Assembly (NCBI GenBank): GCA_963674755.2
Contig: CAXXVS010000002.1
Coordinates: forward strand, 960,001 to 1,024,000
DNA: 64,000 nucleotides
DNA from: Desulfobacterales bacterium
GTDB taxonomy: Bacteria; Desulfobacterota; Desulfobacteria; Desulfobacterales; UBA5852
Reading direction: 5' to 3'
In this document: positions 20,707 to 31,692 of the stretch, in pieces
Layout: each line of letters begins with the position of its first letter
Position numbering within the stretch: the first letter of the stretch is position 1
Notes under the pieces: generated by a model
What the model saw: the letters and a program-made list of their open reading frames with translations, nothing else
What the model was told of the DNA's origin: nothing
Databases searched by the model: none
Program-made: the position numbers and the translations under genes

Positions 20707-22578
20707 TTGTCACAACCGGTAAACCGACACGAGGATGACACAAGGGCCAAAGTCCGCCGGAGTCCCACGGGCCCCGGCGTTTATCTGATGAAGGACAAAA
20801 GCGGTAAAATCCTTTATGTGGGCAAGGCCAAAAACCTCAAACGACGTCTCACATCCTACTTTATTAAAGCCCAGCACGCCGACGCCAAAACGAGTGCCCT
20901 GTTGAAGCGGGTTGCGGACTTTGACACGATCGTGACGGGATCGGAAAAAGAGGCCCTGCTTCTTGAGTCCACGCTTATTAAACGCCACCGGCCCCGCTAC
21001 AACGTCGTTCTCAAAGATGACAAGCGCTATCCGGTTTTACGCTTCGATATGCCGCATCCTTATCCCAATCTCACAATCGTTCGTAAGATCGGCAAAGACG
21101 GAGCGGCTTATTTTGGCCCCTTTGCATCCGCCCATGCGGTTCGTGAAACCCTGAAGTTCATCAACCGTCACTTCCGCTTGCGCAAATGCAAGAACCGCGA
21201 ATTTGTCCAGCGCACCCGTCCCTGTCTGCATTACCAGATGGATGCCTGCTATGGCCCCTGTTGCCTGGAAGTGGATCAGGAATTCTATCGGAAAATCGTC
21301 GATGACGTGATTCTTTTTTTAAAGGGTCGGACACCGACCCTGATACGCAAATTGCGCCGTCAAATGGATCATGCCGTAGAGAAATTGGCCTTTGAGGAAG
21401 CCGCCCAGCTGCGCGACCGTATCCAAGCGTTGGAAATGACGCTTGAAAAACAGCATGCGGTGTCACGCGATTTGATGGATCGTGACATCATTAATATGGT
21501 CGGATTCGAAGACCGCATGATCGTGAACGTACTCTCCATTCGCGGTGGCTATCTTCAGAACAGCCGCAATTTCGAAATCTCCGAAACCCTGTCGGACGCA
21601 GGGGAAATTCTGAGCGGCTTCATCCGCCAGCTCTACGCCAAAGGCGTTCAGTGCCCCGGAGAAATTCTGATGCCGCTGGAAACGGCGGAAGGCCTGCTGC
21701 TGGAGGACTGGTTTCGATCGGAACACGGCCAGCGCGTCAGGCTCATCCATCCCCAGCGGGGCGAAAAAAAACGCCTGCTGGAAATGGGGTTCCGCAATGC
21801 CGAGGAGGCCCTGCGGGAAAGCATCGCTGATGAAAACCGGCGTCGCAGTCTGCTGGAAAAGCTGGCGCGGCGACTGCACCTGAACGTCCTCCCGCACCGC
21901 ATCGAGTGCTTTGACAACAGTACCCTGTTCGGGCAGGCCGCGGCAGCGGCCATGGTTGTTTTTGAAAACGGAGTCGCCTGTCCGGCCCACTACCGCAAAT
22001 TCAACCTGCACCTTTCCGGAAGGCCGGATGACTATGCCGCCATGGAAGAAATTTTGACGCGCCGTTTTGCCAACCACCCTGATTGGCCGCAGCCTGATTT
22101 GTTGTTGCTGGATGGCGGCAAGGGGCAGTTGAACATTGCCATGAAGGTTACAGGATCATTGGGACTGGAGGGGGTATTCGCCCTGGCAGGCATCGCTAAA
22201 AAGGAAACCCGGCGCGGTGAGACCCAGGATAAGATCTATATCCCCGGTCGCGCCAATCCGCTCGTCTTTGCTGACGGCGACGATGCCTTGCTGCTACTGC
22301 AGCGCATTCGCGATGAGGCCCATCGCTTTGCCATCAGTTTCCATCGTAAAAAACGGACCCGCAATGCTTTTGCCAGCGGCTTGGATGGTATTCCGGGGAT
22401 AGGCCAGAAACGGAAAATGGCCCTGCTGCGACAATATGGTGGCCTGACCGCCATCCGGGCAGCGACGCTCGACGAGCTGAGCGCCCTGCCCGGAATGAAT
22501 CGTAACGCGGCCCAGGCTGTCCTGGATGCTTTGACCTCCGATACCGCCGCAGAGAGCGACCCGGAGAGCAAGCTTTAG
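20707..22578 (+). CDS. uvrC: Excinuclease ABC subunit C
   Basis: GIY-YIG-like PGVYLMKD..YVGKAKNL, PRYNV.LKDDK.YP, RIECFDNS, LDGGKGQL, RIRDEAHRFA and HhH GIPGIG. Confidence 0.97.
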   Translation: MSQPVNRHEDDTRAKVRRSPTGPGVYLMKDKSGKILYVGKAKNLKRRLTSYFIKAQHADAKTSALLKRVADFDTIVTGSEKEALLLESTLIKRHRPRYNVVLKDDKRYPVLRFDMPHPYPNLTIVRKIGKDGAAYFGPFASAHAVRETLKFINRHFRLRKCKNREFVQRTRPCLHYQMDACYGPCCLEVDQEFYRKIVDDVILFLKGRTPTLIRKLRRQMDHAVEKLAFEEAAQLRDRIQALEMTLEKQHAVSRDLMDRDIINMVGFEDRMIVNVLSIRGGYLQNSRNFEISETLSDAGEILSGFIRQLYAKGVQCPGEILMPLETAEGLLLEDWFRSEHGQRVRLIHPQRGEKKRLLEMGFRNAEEALRESIADENRRRSLLEKLARRLHLNVLPHRIECFDNSTLFGQAAAAAMVVFENGVACPAHYRKFNLHLSGRPDDYAAMEEILTRRFANHPDWPQPDLLLLDGGKGQLNIAMKVTGSLGLEGVFALAGIAKKETRRGETQDKIYIPGRANPLVFADGDDALLLLQRIRDEAHRFAISFHRKKRTRNAFASGLDGIPGIGQKRKMALLRQYGGLTAIRAATLDELSALPGMNRNAAQAVLDALTSDTAAESDPESKL

Positions 22579-22604
22579 CAGGGCTTTCTACGATGAGTGG
22601 ACAA

Positions 22605-23663
<1,059 letters not shown>

Positions 23664-23954
23664 TCACACTGCGGATCAATGCGGGGTCCGGAGCGGGGCG
23701 GCAAGCCAAACGATCCGACCGGCGCCTGAGATCACGCCTTGAAACCACATTCCGTATAGACATAAAAGAGAAAGTTGATATCATGACCGAAAACATTGTC
23801 AATAGATTTATCTAATTTCATCGTATTGACTTTTATTTTGAAATTTGAATATATCCCACAGGATAGGCGTAACTCGTTTTGTTTGTTGCATATTGCATAC
23901 TGGCAAAATGAGAGCTGCCGGAATCGGACCCAGGGTGGGAATAATGAGGCTTTA

Positions 23955-24962
23955 ATGGATCCCAAGGACCAGATCATAGCGCTGTTAAAAGAGGCGGATC
24001 TTTATCAACAACAGGGGCTTTTGAACGAGGCCAAAGAGCGCTACAAAAAAGCCACCGACATCATTAAAGAGAATAAAAGCATAAAAAACGGGCAGGGGCT
24101 CATTGCCAACATCGTTAAAAAAGTCGTTGATCTTAATCAGAAAATAAACCAGATCAATGAAGCGGCTTTCAAACCCACCGTGTCCGGCCAAAAACAGGAC
24201 CTCATCCAAAAATTGTTTGCCGGAGGCGGAGAAAAGGATAACCAGGCGAGCCTGTTGGAAGGTGCTATCGCACTGGCCAAGTTTGGGCAATTCGATCGTG
24301 CTCTATCCGAATTTGAGCGGCTGCTCGATCATGAAACGGTACGGGTTGCCGCCGCTAAAAATATCGCCCGCTGCTATCTGGAAGTGGAGGCCTTTGAAGA
24401 TGCCGCGCGCTGTTTCGAGCGCTGGGTGAACGATGAGCGGTTTACCGAGGGACAACTGGATAAAGTTCGTTTTTTTCTGCAGGGGCGATTTCGCAAGGCC
24501 GGTTTTGAACGCGAACTCTACCAGCGGGAAGAAACCGTTTCCGAAGACGATATCCAAACCCTCGAGATGGAATCAGCCACTAACGAAGCGGCCGATAACG
24601 CCCGAAGCGCTTCTCCGATTGAAAAGCAAAGCGTCGATTTGGAAGATATGGAACTCCCGGAAGAGGAGGAGTTTCTGGATATCAACTCGGTGGGCATCAT
24701 GATTCAGTCCGGACCGCAAAAAGGACGGTTGGTTGAGTTTGATGTGAGCTTTCAAACCGGCAATTCCATCAATCTGATCATCTCCAACAAGGAGAATGAG
24801 CTATTGGAGGCTTTGGGAAAAGGCACACAGCTCAATGACATGCAATTTTTTTCCCCGATTGCCATTCTGAATGGATCCGGTGTTGTCACGAGTAAAACAC
24901 AGATCAAATCAGGTCCCAAAGAAGGTGACTACAGCTTGGATATCACGATTTTAACCACCTAA
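23955..24962 (+). CDS. TPR-containing protein with acidic linker and C-terminal beta domain
   Basis: TPR-like helices (EADLYQQQGLLNEAKERYKKA; GAIALAKFGQFDRALSEFE; NIARCYLEVEAFEDAARCF), Glu-rich linker and beta-rich C-terminus. Confidence 0.7.
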   Translation: MDPKDQIIALLKEADLYQQQGLLNEAKERYKKATDIIKENKSIKNGQGLIANIVKKVVDLNQKINQINEAAFKPTVSGQKQDLIQKLFAGGGEKDNQASLLEGAIALAKFGQFDRALSEFERLLDHETVRVAAAKNIARCYLEVEAFEDAARCFERWVNDERFTEGQLDKVRFFLQGRFRKAGFERELYQREETVSEDDIQTLEMESATNEAADNARSASPIEKQSVDLEDMELPEEEEFLDINSVGIMIQSGPQKGRLVEFDVSFQTGNSINLIISNKENELLEALGKGTQLNDMQFFSPIAILNGSGVVTSKTQIKSGPKEGDYSLDITILTT

Positions 24963-24994
24963 TGCATGCTGAAACAAGTTTGGAGCTGATTTGA

Positions 24995-25609
24995 ATGGCC
25001 ACGTTTAATTTCAAGAAACGCGAAATCGAATGCAAAATCGTCTACTATGGACCGGGGCGATGCGGGAAGACCACGAATCTCGAATATATTTTCAAAACCT
25101 ATAAAAAACAGGTGACAGGTGAAATGGTTTCCATCGACACCGAGGGGGACCGGACCCTGTTTTTTGACTTTCTTCCGATGGGATTGGGAAAAATCAAGGG
25201 CTGTGACGTAAAGGTGCAGCTTTACACCGTTCCTGGGCAGGTCCAGTACAGCTCCACGCGCAAATTGGTACTCAAGGAGGTCGATGGGCTCGTTTTCGTT
25301 GCCGATTCGCTAGAAGTGCGAAGAGAGAAGAATATGCTATCGCTCAAAGATCTCCATGAAAATTTAAAATCCTATGGCACGAGTATATTCAAAGTTCCTC
25401 TGGTCATGCAGTATAACAAACGTGACTTGGAAGAAGAAGGTATCCCCCTGATGCCGATCAAAAAGATGGACCACGACTTGAACCGACAGCTCAAAGCGCC
25501 TTATTACAGCGCCAGTGCGATCAAAGGCCAGGGGGTCCCGCAGACGATCACCGAATGCCTCAAGCGGACGCTCTTAAACTTACAAAAACAACTCAAGTGG
25601 GCAAAATAG
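24995..25609 (+). CDS. mglA: MglA-family small Ras-like GTPase
   Basis: KIVYYGPGRCGKTTNL (G1), TEGDRTLFFDFLP (G2), LYTVPGQ (G3), DGLVFVADS and QYNKRDL (G4). Confidence 0.9.
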   Translation: MATFNFKKREIECKIVYYGPGRCGKTTNLEYIFKTYKKQVTGEMVSIDTEGDRTLFFDFLPMGLGKIKGCDVKVQLYTVPGQVQYSSTRKLVLKEVDGLVFVADSLEVRREKNMLSLKDLHENLKSYGTSIFKVPLVMQYNKRDLEEEGIPLMPIKKMDHDLNRQLKAPYYSASAIKGQGVPQTITECLKRTLLNLQKQLKWAK

Positions 25610-25620
25610 GCTTTGCACCA

Positions 25621-26805
25621 ATGGCCACCAATGTTGTCCTATCCGGCAATCTAAATTTTCTTAATCTGGCTGAACTCCTTCAACTGCTGGGCTCGAACGG
25701 CAGCAATGGTATCCTGAGAATCAACGCGCAACATGTATCCGAGCCCGGTATCGTTTTTTTTTCCAATGGCAATCCGGTGCACTCGATCAATGGTGCCCTG
25801 CGTGGTCTGGAGGCCATTTTTTCTCTGTTTGGGTGGATGGAGGGGGAGTTCTCCTTCAGTGGCGAGCCTTATAACGGAGAGACCACGATCAATAAGAGCC
25901 GAATGGAAATTATCCTTGACGGACTTCGCATGCTCGATGACGGTGAAATCGAGAAAGTGCAAGGCGTCCTGGCCGATGAAGCTCCGGTGGAACCCCCCAA
26001 AGCGGTCAGCAAAAAATCGTCTCTTCCCCTCATCAAAGGACCGCTTGTGGACTATCTGCACGTCGTTGACGAAGAAGAATTCTTCGACGGCGAAGAAATC
26101 ATTATCGAAGGCAACCACGGCAATTGGATATGGGTGATTCTGGAAGGTGTTGTCGAGCTGTCCCGCTCGACCCCCAAGGGCCCGGTCAAGTTCCTCCAAA
26201 TTACCGATGGCGCCTTTATCGGAAGCATCAGCGCGTTGCTGTCGGATGAAAGCGTGCGCAGCGTTACGGCAACTGCCGTTGGCAATGTTCAGCTGGGCAT
26301 GCTCGATTCGCAGGGCATGGGCAGTGAATTCAGCCGGGTAACACCGGAATTCCGCAACATTGTAAGGAGTCTCGATAACCGCTTCAATGAAATCATGAAT
26401 CGTGCGGTCGCGACGTTTATCGGTAAAAATGATCCTGCCAAATTGTTGAAAGACAAGCGTCCCGTTATCATGGAAGGCAAAAACGATGACAAGTCCTTTA
26501 TAATTACCGGCGGGCGCGCCTCGATTGCACGCAAAACCAAGAACGGTGTCGTTCCCTTGATAACCGGCCTGAGCAAGGGCGATTTTATTGGACAAATCCC
26601 GTTTCTGGACATGGGATTGGAACCGACATCTGCAATTGTCCTGGGTGATAAACGCCTGAAAGTGGCCACGGTCGACCAACAATCACTGGAGGATGAGTAC
26701 GGAGAGCTGTCGCTGACCTTTAAGAACATGCTCATCAATATTTCAACCAATATCCTGGCAACCGCCATGGTTGTTTGCGATCTGGGGAATAAAGCGGCCC
26801 GCTAA
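25621..26805 (+). CDS. DUF4388 (PatA_N-like) domain plus two cyclic-nucleotide-binding domains
   Basis: N-terminal LSGNL..LNLAELLQLL....NG.L.I...G..FF.NG...G.F.F...IILDGLR.LD. Then DGEEIIIEG..G.WIWVILEG.V...GAFIG...RSVTATA and a second cNMP-like repeat. Confidence 0.8.
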   Translation: MATNVVLSGNLNFLNLAELLQLLGSNGSNGILRINAQHVSEPGIVFFSNGNPVHSINGALRGLEAIFSLFGWMEGEFSFSGEPYNGETTINKSRMEIILDGLRMLDDGEIEKVQGVLADEAPVEPPKAVSKKSSLPLIKGPLVDYLHVVDEEEFFDGEEIIIEGNHGNWIWVILEGVVELSRSTPKGPVKFLQITDGAFIGSISALLSDESVRSVTATAVGNVQLGMLDSQGMGSEFSRVTPEFRNIVRSLDNRFNEIMNRAVATFIGKNDPAKLLKDKRPVIMEGKNDDKSFIITGGRASIARKTKNGVVPLITGLSKGDFIGQIPFLDMGLEPTSAIVLGDKRLKVATVDQQSLEDEYGELSLTFKNMLINISTNILATAMVVCDLGNKAAR

Positions 26806-26841
26806 AGGGTGATGCTGCCCCCTCAGGATAGGAGATCCAAG

Positions 26842-27189
26842 ATGACGTCTGAAAAAAGAAGACATATGCGCATCAATGCCCTCAACTTGTCACATGTCGC
26901 GGTCGACGATCGGGAAGATACGGTGAAGCAGGCCATTGGCCGGACGCTCAATGTCTCCGAAACCGGTATTTTGCTGGAGACCCACTTTCCCATCGAATCC
27001 GATCAGAATGTGGAATTGACGTTGGGCTTTGAGGAAAACCTCGTCAATCTCAGGGGCAAGGTGATCCATCTGTTGAACGGCGAAACAGGGAAATTTGAAA
27101 TGGGGATCCAGTTTACGGATATCGATGAACAGGGCATCCACATTATCAAAGATTTTATTGAAAAATTCCGCAAACTGAACCGCCGATAG
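26842..27189 (+). CDS. PilZ domain protein
   Basis: EKRRHMR (RxxxR), TLNVSETG (NxSxxG) and MGIQF. AGGAG RBS. Confidence 0.88.
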   Translation: MTSEKRRHMRINALNLSHVAVDDREDTVKQAIGRTLNVSETGILLETHFPIESDQNVELTLGFEENLVNLRGKVIHLLNGETGKFEMGIQFTDIDEQGIHIIKDFIEKFRKLNRR

Positions 27190-27263
27190 AGGCTGTCTTT
27201 TGGTCGGTATTGTCGGCCAACGGGCAGAAGGATATTCTTTTAAACAGGAGGAATGGATTCCAC

Positions 27264-28160
27264 ATGGCTAACGCCGTACACCAGACCCAATTGGAAACAC
27301 TGAAAAAAATAAAGCAGGGAAAAGTGCGTGATATCTATGATCTCGGAGATTGTCTTCTGATGGTTGCGACAGATCGGCTTTCCGCATTCGACGTCATCAT
27401 GCCGGATCCCATTCCTGATAAGGGAAAAGTTTTAACGCAGATATCGGTCTTCTGGTTCAACCTCATGTCGGAAATCGTTCCCCATCATCTCATAGAATGG
27501 GATGTAGCCCAATTCCCCGCAAAATGCCAGCCGTATCAGGATGTGTTGGCCGGTCGCAGCATGTTGGTTAAAAAAGTCGATCCCCTGCCGATCGAATGCG
27601 TTGTTCGCGGCTATCTATCCGGCTCCGGCTGGAAGTCTTATCAAAAGGATGGGTCGGTCTGTGGCATTGCCTTGCCTGCCGGTCTGCAAGAATCGGAAAA
27701 ACTGCCAGAGCCGCTGTTTACGCCGTCCACGAAGGAAGCGTTGGGCCTGCATGATATCAATATCAGTTTTAAGGAGGCGGCTGACCGTGTCGGGCCCGAA
27801 ATAGCGGCCAAGGTTCGCGACCTGAGTCTGTCGATCTACCAAAAGGGAGTGCAGGTGGCCGCCGAGAAGGGGATCATCATCGCCGATACAAAATTTGAAT
27901 TCGGAATGCTCGACGGGGAGATTGTTCTAATCGATGAGGTTCTAACCCCGGATTCTTCACGCTTCTGGCCCCAATCCGCCTATGCTCCAGGTGGTTCGCA
28001 ACCCAGTTTCGACAAACAATATGTTCGTGATTACCTGCTATCCATTCATTTCAACAAGCAGCCCCCAGGACCCCATCTACCGGAGTCCGTTATTCAGCAA
28101 ACACGAGATAAATATATTGAAGCGCTCAGGTTACTCACCGGATCCCCCTATGAACTTTAA
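27264..28160 (+). CDS. purC: SAICAR synthase
   Basis: GKVRDIY, TDRLSAFD, ECVVRGYL.GSGW, FTPSTK, IADTKFEFG, DEVLTPDSSRFW and SFDKQYVRD. Confidence 0.98.
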   Translation: MANAVHQTQLETLKKIKQGKVRDIYDLGDCLLMVATDRLSAFDVIMPDPIPDKGKVLTQISVFWFNLMSEIVPHHLIEWDVAQFPAKCQPYQDVLAGRSMLVKKVDPLPIECVVRGYLSGSGWKSYQKDGSVCGIALPAGLQESEKLPEPLFTPSTKEALGLHDINISFKEAADRVGPEIAAKVRDLSLSIYQKGVQVAAEKGIIIADTKFEFGMLDGEIVLIDEVLTPDSSRFWPQSAYAPGGSQPSFDKQYVRDYLLSIHFNKQPPGPHLPESVIQQTRDKYIEALRLLTGSPYEL

Positions 28161-29103
28161 GGTCGATTCGCTACGGCTCGATCAAATCGACATAACGGAT
28201 GTCTTTTATCGAATCACGACTCCCCAGGATAAACTGCCCATAGGGCCATCCATAGACCGGTTGGGTTTGCTATGCCCAGTGGTGGTGAAACCCAGCCATG
28301 GCCAATTTGTCATTGTAAGCGGCTTTCGTCGTGTCGATGCCTGTCGCCAGAGCGGATGGGCCGACATCCCTTGCCGCATCCTTCCTGATGCCACTTCCTC
28401 GGTAACCTGTGCCGAAATGGCGATTACGGACAATCTCACACAACGCTCTCTGAATTTTGTCGAACAAGCACGATGTCTTGAGCTTCTGACGACCTCAACA
28501 GGAGGGATAAATGCTGCACGAACGGTCGCTGAAACCATAGGACTTGCTTTCAGCAATGCGTTGGTTACCAAATTGAAATCGATTTTGCACGCTCCGCAAA
28601 TCGTCCGCGAAGGGTTTATCAAAGGCACCCTGAGTCTTCCGGTAGCTCTGGCAATGTCCGATTTCGTCCAAAAAGACGCCCTTGCGTTGACGCATTTTTT
28701 TGAACGGGTTCCCATGGGGCTCAACAAGCAGCGTGAAATCATGCAGAATGTGAAGGAAATCGCAATCCGTGAAGATATGGAGGCTAGGCACGTCCTGGAA
28801 AACGATCGATTGCAAGCGATTCTGAAGGACGATGCCTTGGACGGCAATGAGAAAGGACGCCGGATCCGGTTCTATCTCAAAAGGAGGCGCTTTCCGCGCA
28901 TAGTCGCGGTCGAAGAGGCATTTAATGACCGCGTAAGGCATTTAGGATTAGGTGGTGATATCCATGTTGCTCCCCCGCCTGGTTTTGAAGGTTCCACCAT
29001 TACAATAACGATACGCAGCAGCGATCTAACAGGCTTAAAACGTGCCCACGACAAACTCACTAAAGCCCTTGAAAACCCCTTTGTAACGCATCTGTTTGAG
29101 TAA
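28150..29103 (+). CDS. ParB/Srx N-terminal domain protein (orphan ParB-like)
   Basis: SI..LGLL.PVVV...F.IVSGFRR..A (GxRR), DNLTQRSLNFVEQA (ENxxRxxL-like), then a helical region. The start overlaps the purC stop. Confidence 0.8.
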   Translation: MNFKVDSLRLDQIDITDVFYRITTPQDKLPIGPSIDRLGLLCPVVVKPSHGQFVIVSGFRRVDACRQSGWADIPCRILPDATSSVTCAEMAITDNLTQRSLNFVEQARCLELLTTSTGGINAARTVAETIGLAFSNALVTKLKSILHAPQIVREGFIKGTLSLPVALAMSDFVQKDALALTHFFERVPMGLNKQREIMQNVKEIAIREDMEARHVLENDRLQAILKDDALDGNEKGRRIRFYLKRRRFPRIVAVEEAFNDRVRHLGLGGDIHVAPPPGFEGSTITITIRSSDLTGLKRAHDKLTKALENPFVTHLFE

Positions 29104-29286
29104 AATCGCTCAATCGTCGCTCACTATCCTGCCGATTTTTATAACTTCCTAAGATCTCGATATAAGTTGCACGCAGGTTTTCATATCTATTTTATAAGCC
29201 CTTAATAATTAAATTAATAATTTGCTTGACATATTAAAATCAAAAAATGTAATGCTATATAATCAATAAATAATGTTCATTAAATT

Positions 29287-29916
29287 ATGGGTATACAGGA
29301 CCGAAAACGGCGAGAACGGGAGCAGCGACGGCGGCAAATCATGCGTGCGGCGCACAAGGTGTTTTCCATCAAGGGATTTACCAAGACAACAATGGAGGAC
29401 ATTGCCCACGAAGCGGAATTGAGCCCTGGAACCCTCTACCTCTATTTTAAGAATAAGGATGAACTGTATGCCTCCCTGTCGGTCGAAGTGCTGGAACGTT
29501 TATATGAAAAGCTTAAATTGGTTTATATCAAAGAAGCACGGAACGCCAACGTGAGAATTGACCACCTTAAGCATAGCCTGTATGATATTTATCAAGTTGA
29601 CCCCCTGATTTTATTAAACCTTTTCCATCTGCAATCCAGTGAAATTCTCAAAAACCTTGCACCGCCCATGTTGACCACGATTCGTGATCTTTTGGAAAAA
29701 TCACTTGAAATCATTGCCAAGATTTTTGCAGAAGGCATTCAGAATGAAGTATTTATCGAAAAACACCCGGCAGATCTCTCCAATATCATGTGGGCTCTTT
29801 TTTCCGGTGTAGTGATGTGGGAAGAGAGTAAACGCATCATCCGCAATAAGCGGGAACCCAATTCCCCTGCTTTCGATACCGCTTTTGAAATTTTTTCGCG
29901 CGGCATAGCGCGCTGA
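29287..29916 (+). CDS. TetR/AcrR family transcriptional regulator
   Basis: IMRAA..VF..KGF..TTMEDIA.EAELSPGTLYLYFKNKDEL helix-turn-helix. Confidence 0.95.
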   Translation: MGIQDRKRREREQRRRQIMRAAHKVFSIKGFTKTTMEDIAHEAELSPGTLYLYFKNKDELYASLSVEVLERLYEKLKLVYIKEARNANVRIDHLKHSLYDIYQVDPLILLNLFHLQSSEILKNLAPPMLTTIRDLLEKSLEIIAKIFAEGIQNEVFIEKHPADLSNIMWALFSGVVMWEESKRIIRNKREPNSPAFDTAFEIFSRGIAR

Positions 29917-30085
29917 AGGCGATCCGTTTCGAATACCTACCGTTTCTCTCCCTAAAACCGCCTCATCCGACTTGCCAGCTTTCCTAATATCGCTTAAAGA
30001 TCTTTGGAAAACTAAAGATGGTTTCTGTTTTCGCATATCCGAGCCCCCTTTGCTCTTATGATAAAAAAGGAGTTACCTATATAAA

Positions 30086-31189
30086 ATGACCGTCCTTGAA
30101 ACGATTTACGTCGATCAGAAAGTGGCAGATCATCCCCGAGCCAGAGCTATTGTGGATCGCGTCAATATTCCGTCGATTATCGTTGATAGCGCAGAGGAAG
30201 TCTTTGCGAGGATTCGAACCTGCGCAGATCCCATCGCCGCTGCTAAAAAAAGACTTTTCTTGACTGAAAATCGGGGCGGATTCATCCGCAAATGCCCTGG
30301 GACACGAAATTATACCTGTTGCGATTACATGATTTTGCATATCGGTACATTTTGCATTATGGATTGTTCCTATTGTATCCTTCAATCATACTTTCATCCC
30401 CCGGTATTACAGTATTTTATCAACCATCAGCAAATGTTCGAGGAACTTGACACCTTTTTTGCGGAACGGCGTCATCGCCGCATTGGAACCGGTGAATATA
30501 CGGACAGCCTGATTTGGGAGTTGTGGACGGACTTATCCGAGCAACTGATTCCCGTTTTCGGTAATCAATCTCATGCCGTTCTGGAACTCAAAACCAAAAC
30601 GCCCCATATACAGAACTTACAGAGTTTGCCCCACAACCGACGAACGATTATTTCATGGTCTATGAATACGCCCGCCATCATTCGAAGTAATGAGAGGGGC
30701 ACGGCGAGCCTGGATGCGCGCCTTGAGGCCGCCTCAAAATGTCAACAATGGGGCTATCCGTTGGGGTTCCACTTCGATCCCATCGTAGATTATAGCGGCG
30801 CCCTGAATGATTATCGCATGGTTATCGACCGGATATTTGATCGAATTCACCCTGAGAATATCGTCTGGATTAGCTTGGGGACGCTAAGATTCATGCCGGA
30901 TCTGAAAGCTGTTGTGCAATCCCGCTTCCCCGCGTCCAAAATCATCTATGGTGAGTTCATTTCGGGCCTGGATGGAAAGGAAAGGTATCTGAAACAGATC
31001 CGAACGGATATCTATAGCGGCCTTGTTGAAGCGATTCACAAACGTTCCCGGGATGTCACCGTATATTTTTGCATGGAGAGTGTGGAAGTCTGGCGCAGGG
31101 TTTTTGGATTTTCGACGGATCAATTTGGCGGTCTGCCGCATATGCTCGATGAAAGTGCCGTGCAAAAGTGCCATTTGAGACATCCGTAA
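30086..31189 (+). CDS. Spore photoproduct lyase-like radical SAM protein
   Basis: CIMDCSYC (CxxxCxxC) followed by LQ.YF, GEYTDSL, LELKTK, SWS.N, E.GTASL..RL.AA, GYPLGFHFDPI and VYFCME. Confidence 0.8.
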   Translation: MTVLETIYVDQKVADHPRARAIVDRVNIPSIIVDSAEEVFARIRTCADPIAAAKKRLFLTENRGGFIRKCPGTRNYTCCDYMILHIGTFCIMDCSYCILQSYFHPPVLQYFINHQQMFEELDTFFAERRHRRIGTGEYTDSLIWELWTDLSEQLIPVFGNQSHAVLELKTKTPHIQNLQSLPHNRRTIISWSMNTPAIIRSNERGTASLDARLEAASKCQQWGYPLGFHFDPIVDYSGALNDYRMVIDRIFDRIHPENIVWISLGTLRFMPDLKAVVQSRFPASKIIYGEFISGLDGKERYLKQIRTDIYSGLVEAIHKRSRDVTVYFCMESVEVWRRVFGFSTDQFGGLPHMLDESAVQKCHLRHP

Positions 31190-31204
31190 AAAAACGACAA
31201 ACGC

Positions 31205-31233
31205 TTGGATTGCATCCAGATGGGGTTTATAAT
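31205..31233 (+). promoter_or_regulatory. Putative sigma70 promoter
   Basis: TTGGAT, 17 nt spacer, TATAAT (31228-31233), upstream of the 115 aa ORF. Confidence 0.5.
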
Positions 31234-31328
31234 GTTGCTAATTCAATGAACCTCTGTATAATCAGTGGGAAGCCTCTGTTATTGCCGGCGGGAGCATTAT
31301 CGGATTAGCAACCAAGGGTCTTGACGCC

Positions 31329-31676
31329 ATGGAACTTATTGATCTTCTCGCCAAATTGAAGCATCTGGACTATACTCAGAAAAAATACCATGTCGACCGC
31401 CATGGTGAATATGTGCAGCTGGTGTTTTCCAGCAAGCGCCTTCCGGCTTGGATGGAATCCATTGCCGCTGTTCTAGGGGCACCTGTCAAAACAGCAGACC
31501 AACCGGTTACCGCAGACGTTATCGCCTTGACGGAAGATTTTGGCGAAATATTTGACCATCAGACTTTATATTATTGCAAAATTGATCACCATCGCATCAT
31601 GGCGATGTTCTGGCCCTGGAGCAACCAGGAATCGATTACATTAAAAATCATGATTCTAAAAGAGGATATAGGGTAG
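31329..31676 (+). CDS. Hypothetical protein (115 aa)
   Basis: Clean ORF behind a promoter. Distinctive LGAPVK, QTLYY and AMFWPW...ITLK motifs; no family recognised. Confidence 0.65.
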   Translation: MELIDLLAKLKHLDYTQKKYHVDRHGEYVQLVFSSKRLPAWMESIAAVLGAPVKTADQPVTADVIALTEDFGEIFDHQTLYYCKIDHHRIMAMFWPWSNQESITLKIMILKEDIG

Positions 31677-31692
31677 TTACGCAGATTCTCTA

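Noticed and set aside
23900..23916. Sigma54-like TGGCA-N7-AGC upstream of the TPR gene
   Set aside because: GG-N10-GC spacing fits but the -12 box lacks the conserved T, so it is too weak to call.
29226..29263. Perfect TTGACA and TATAAT upstream of tetR as a single promoter
   Set aside because: The spacing is 26 nt. A promoter is likely in this AT-rich region, but these two boxes cannot pair.
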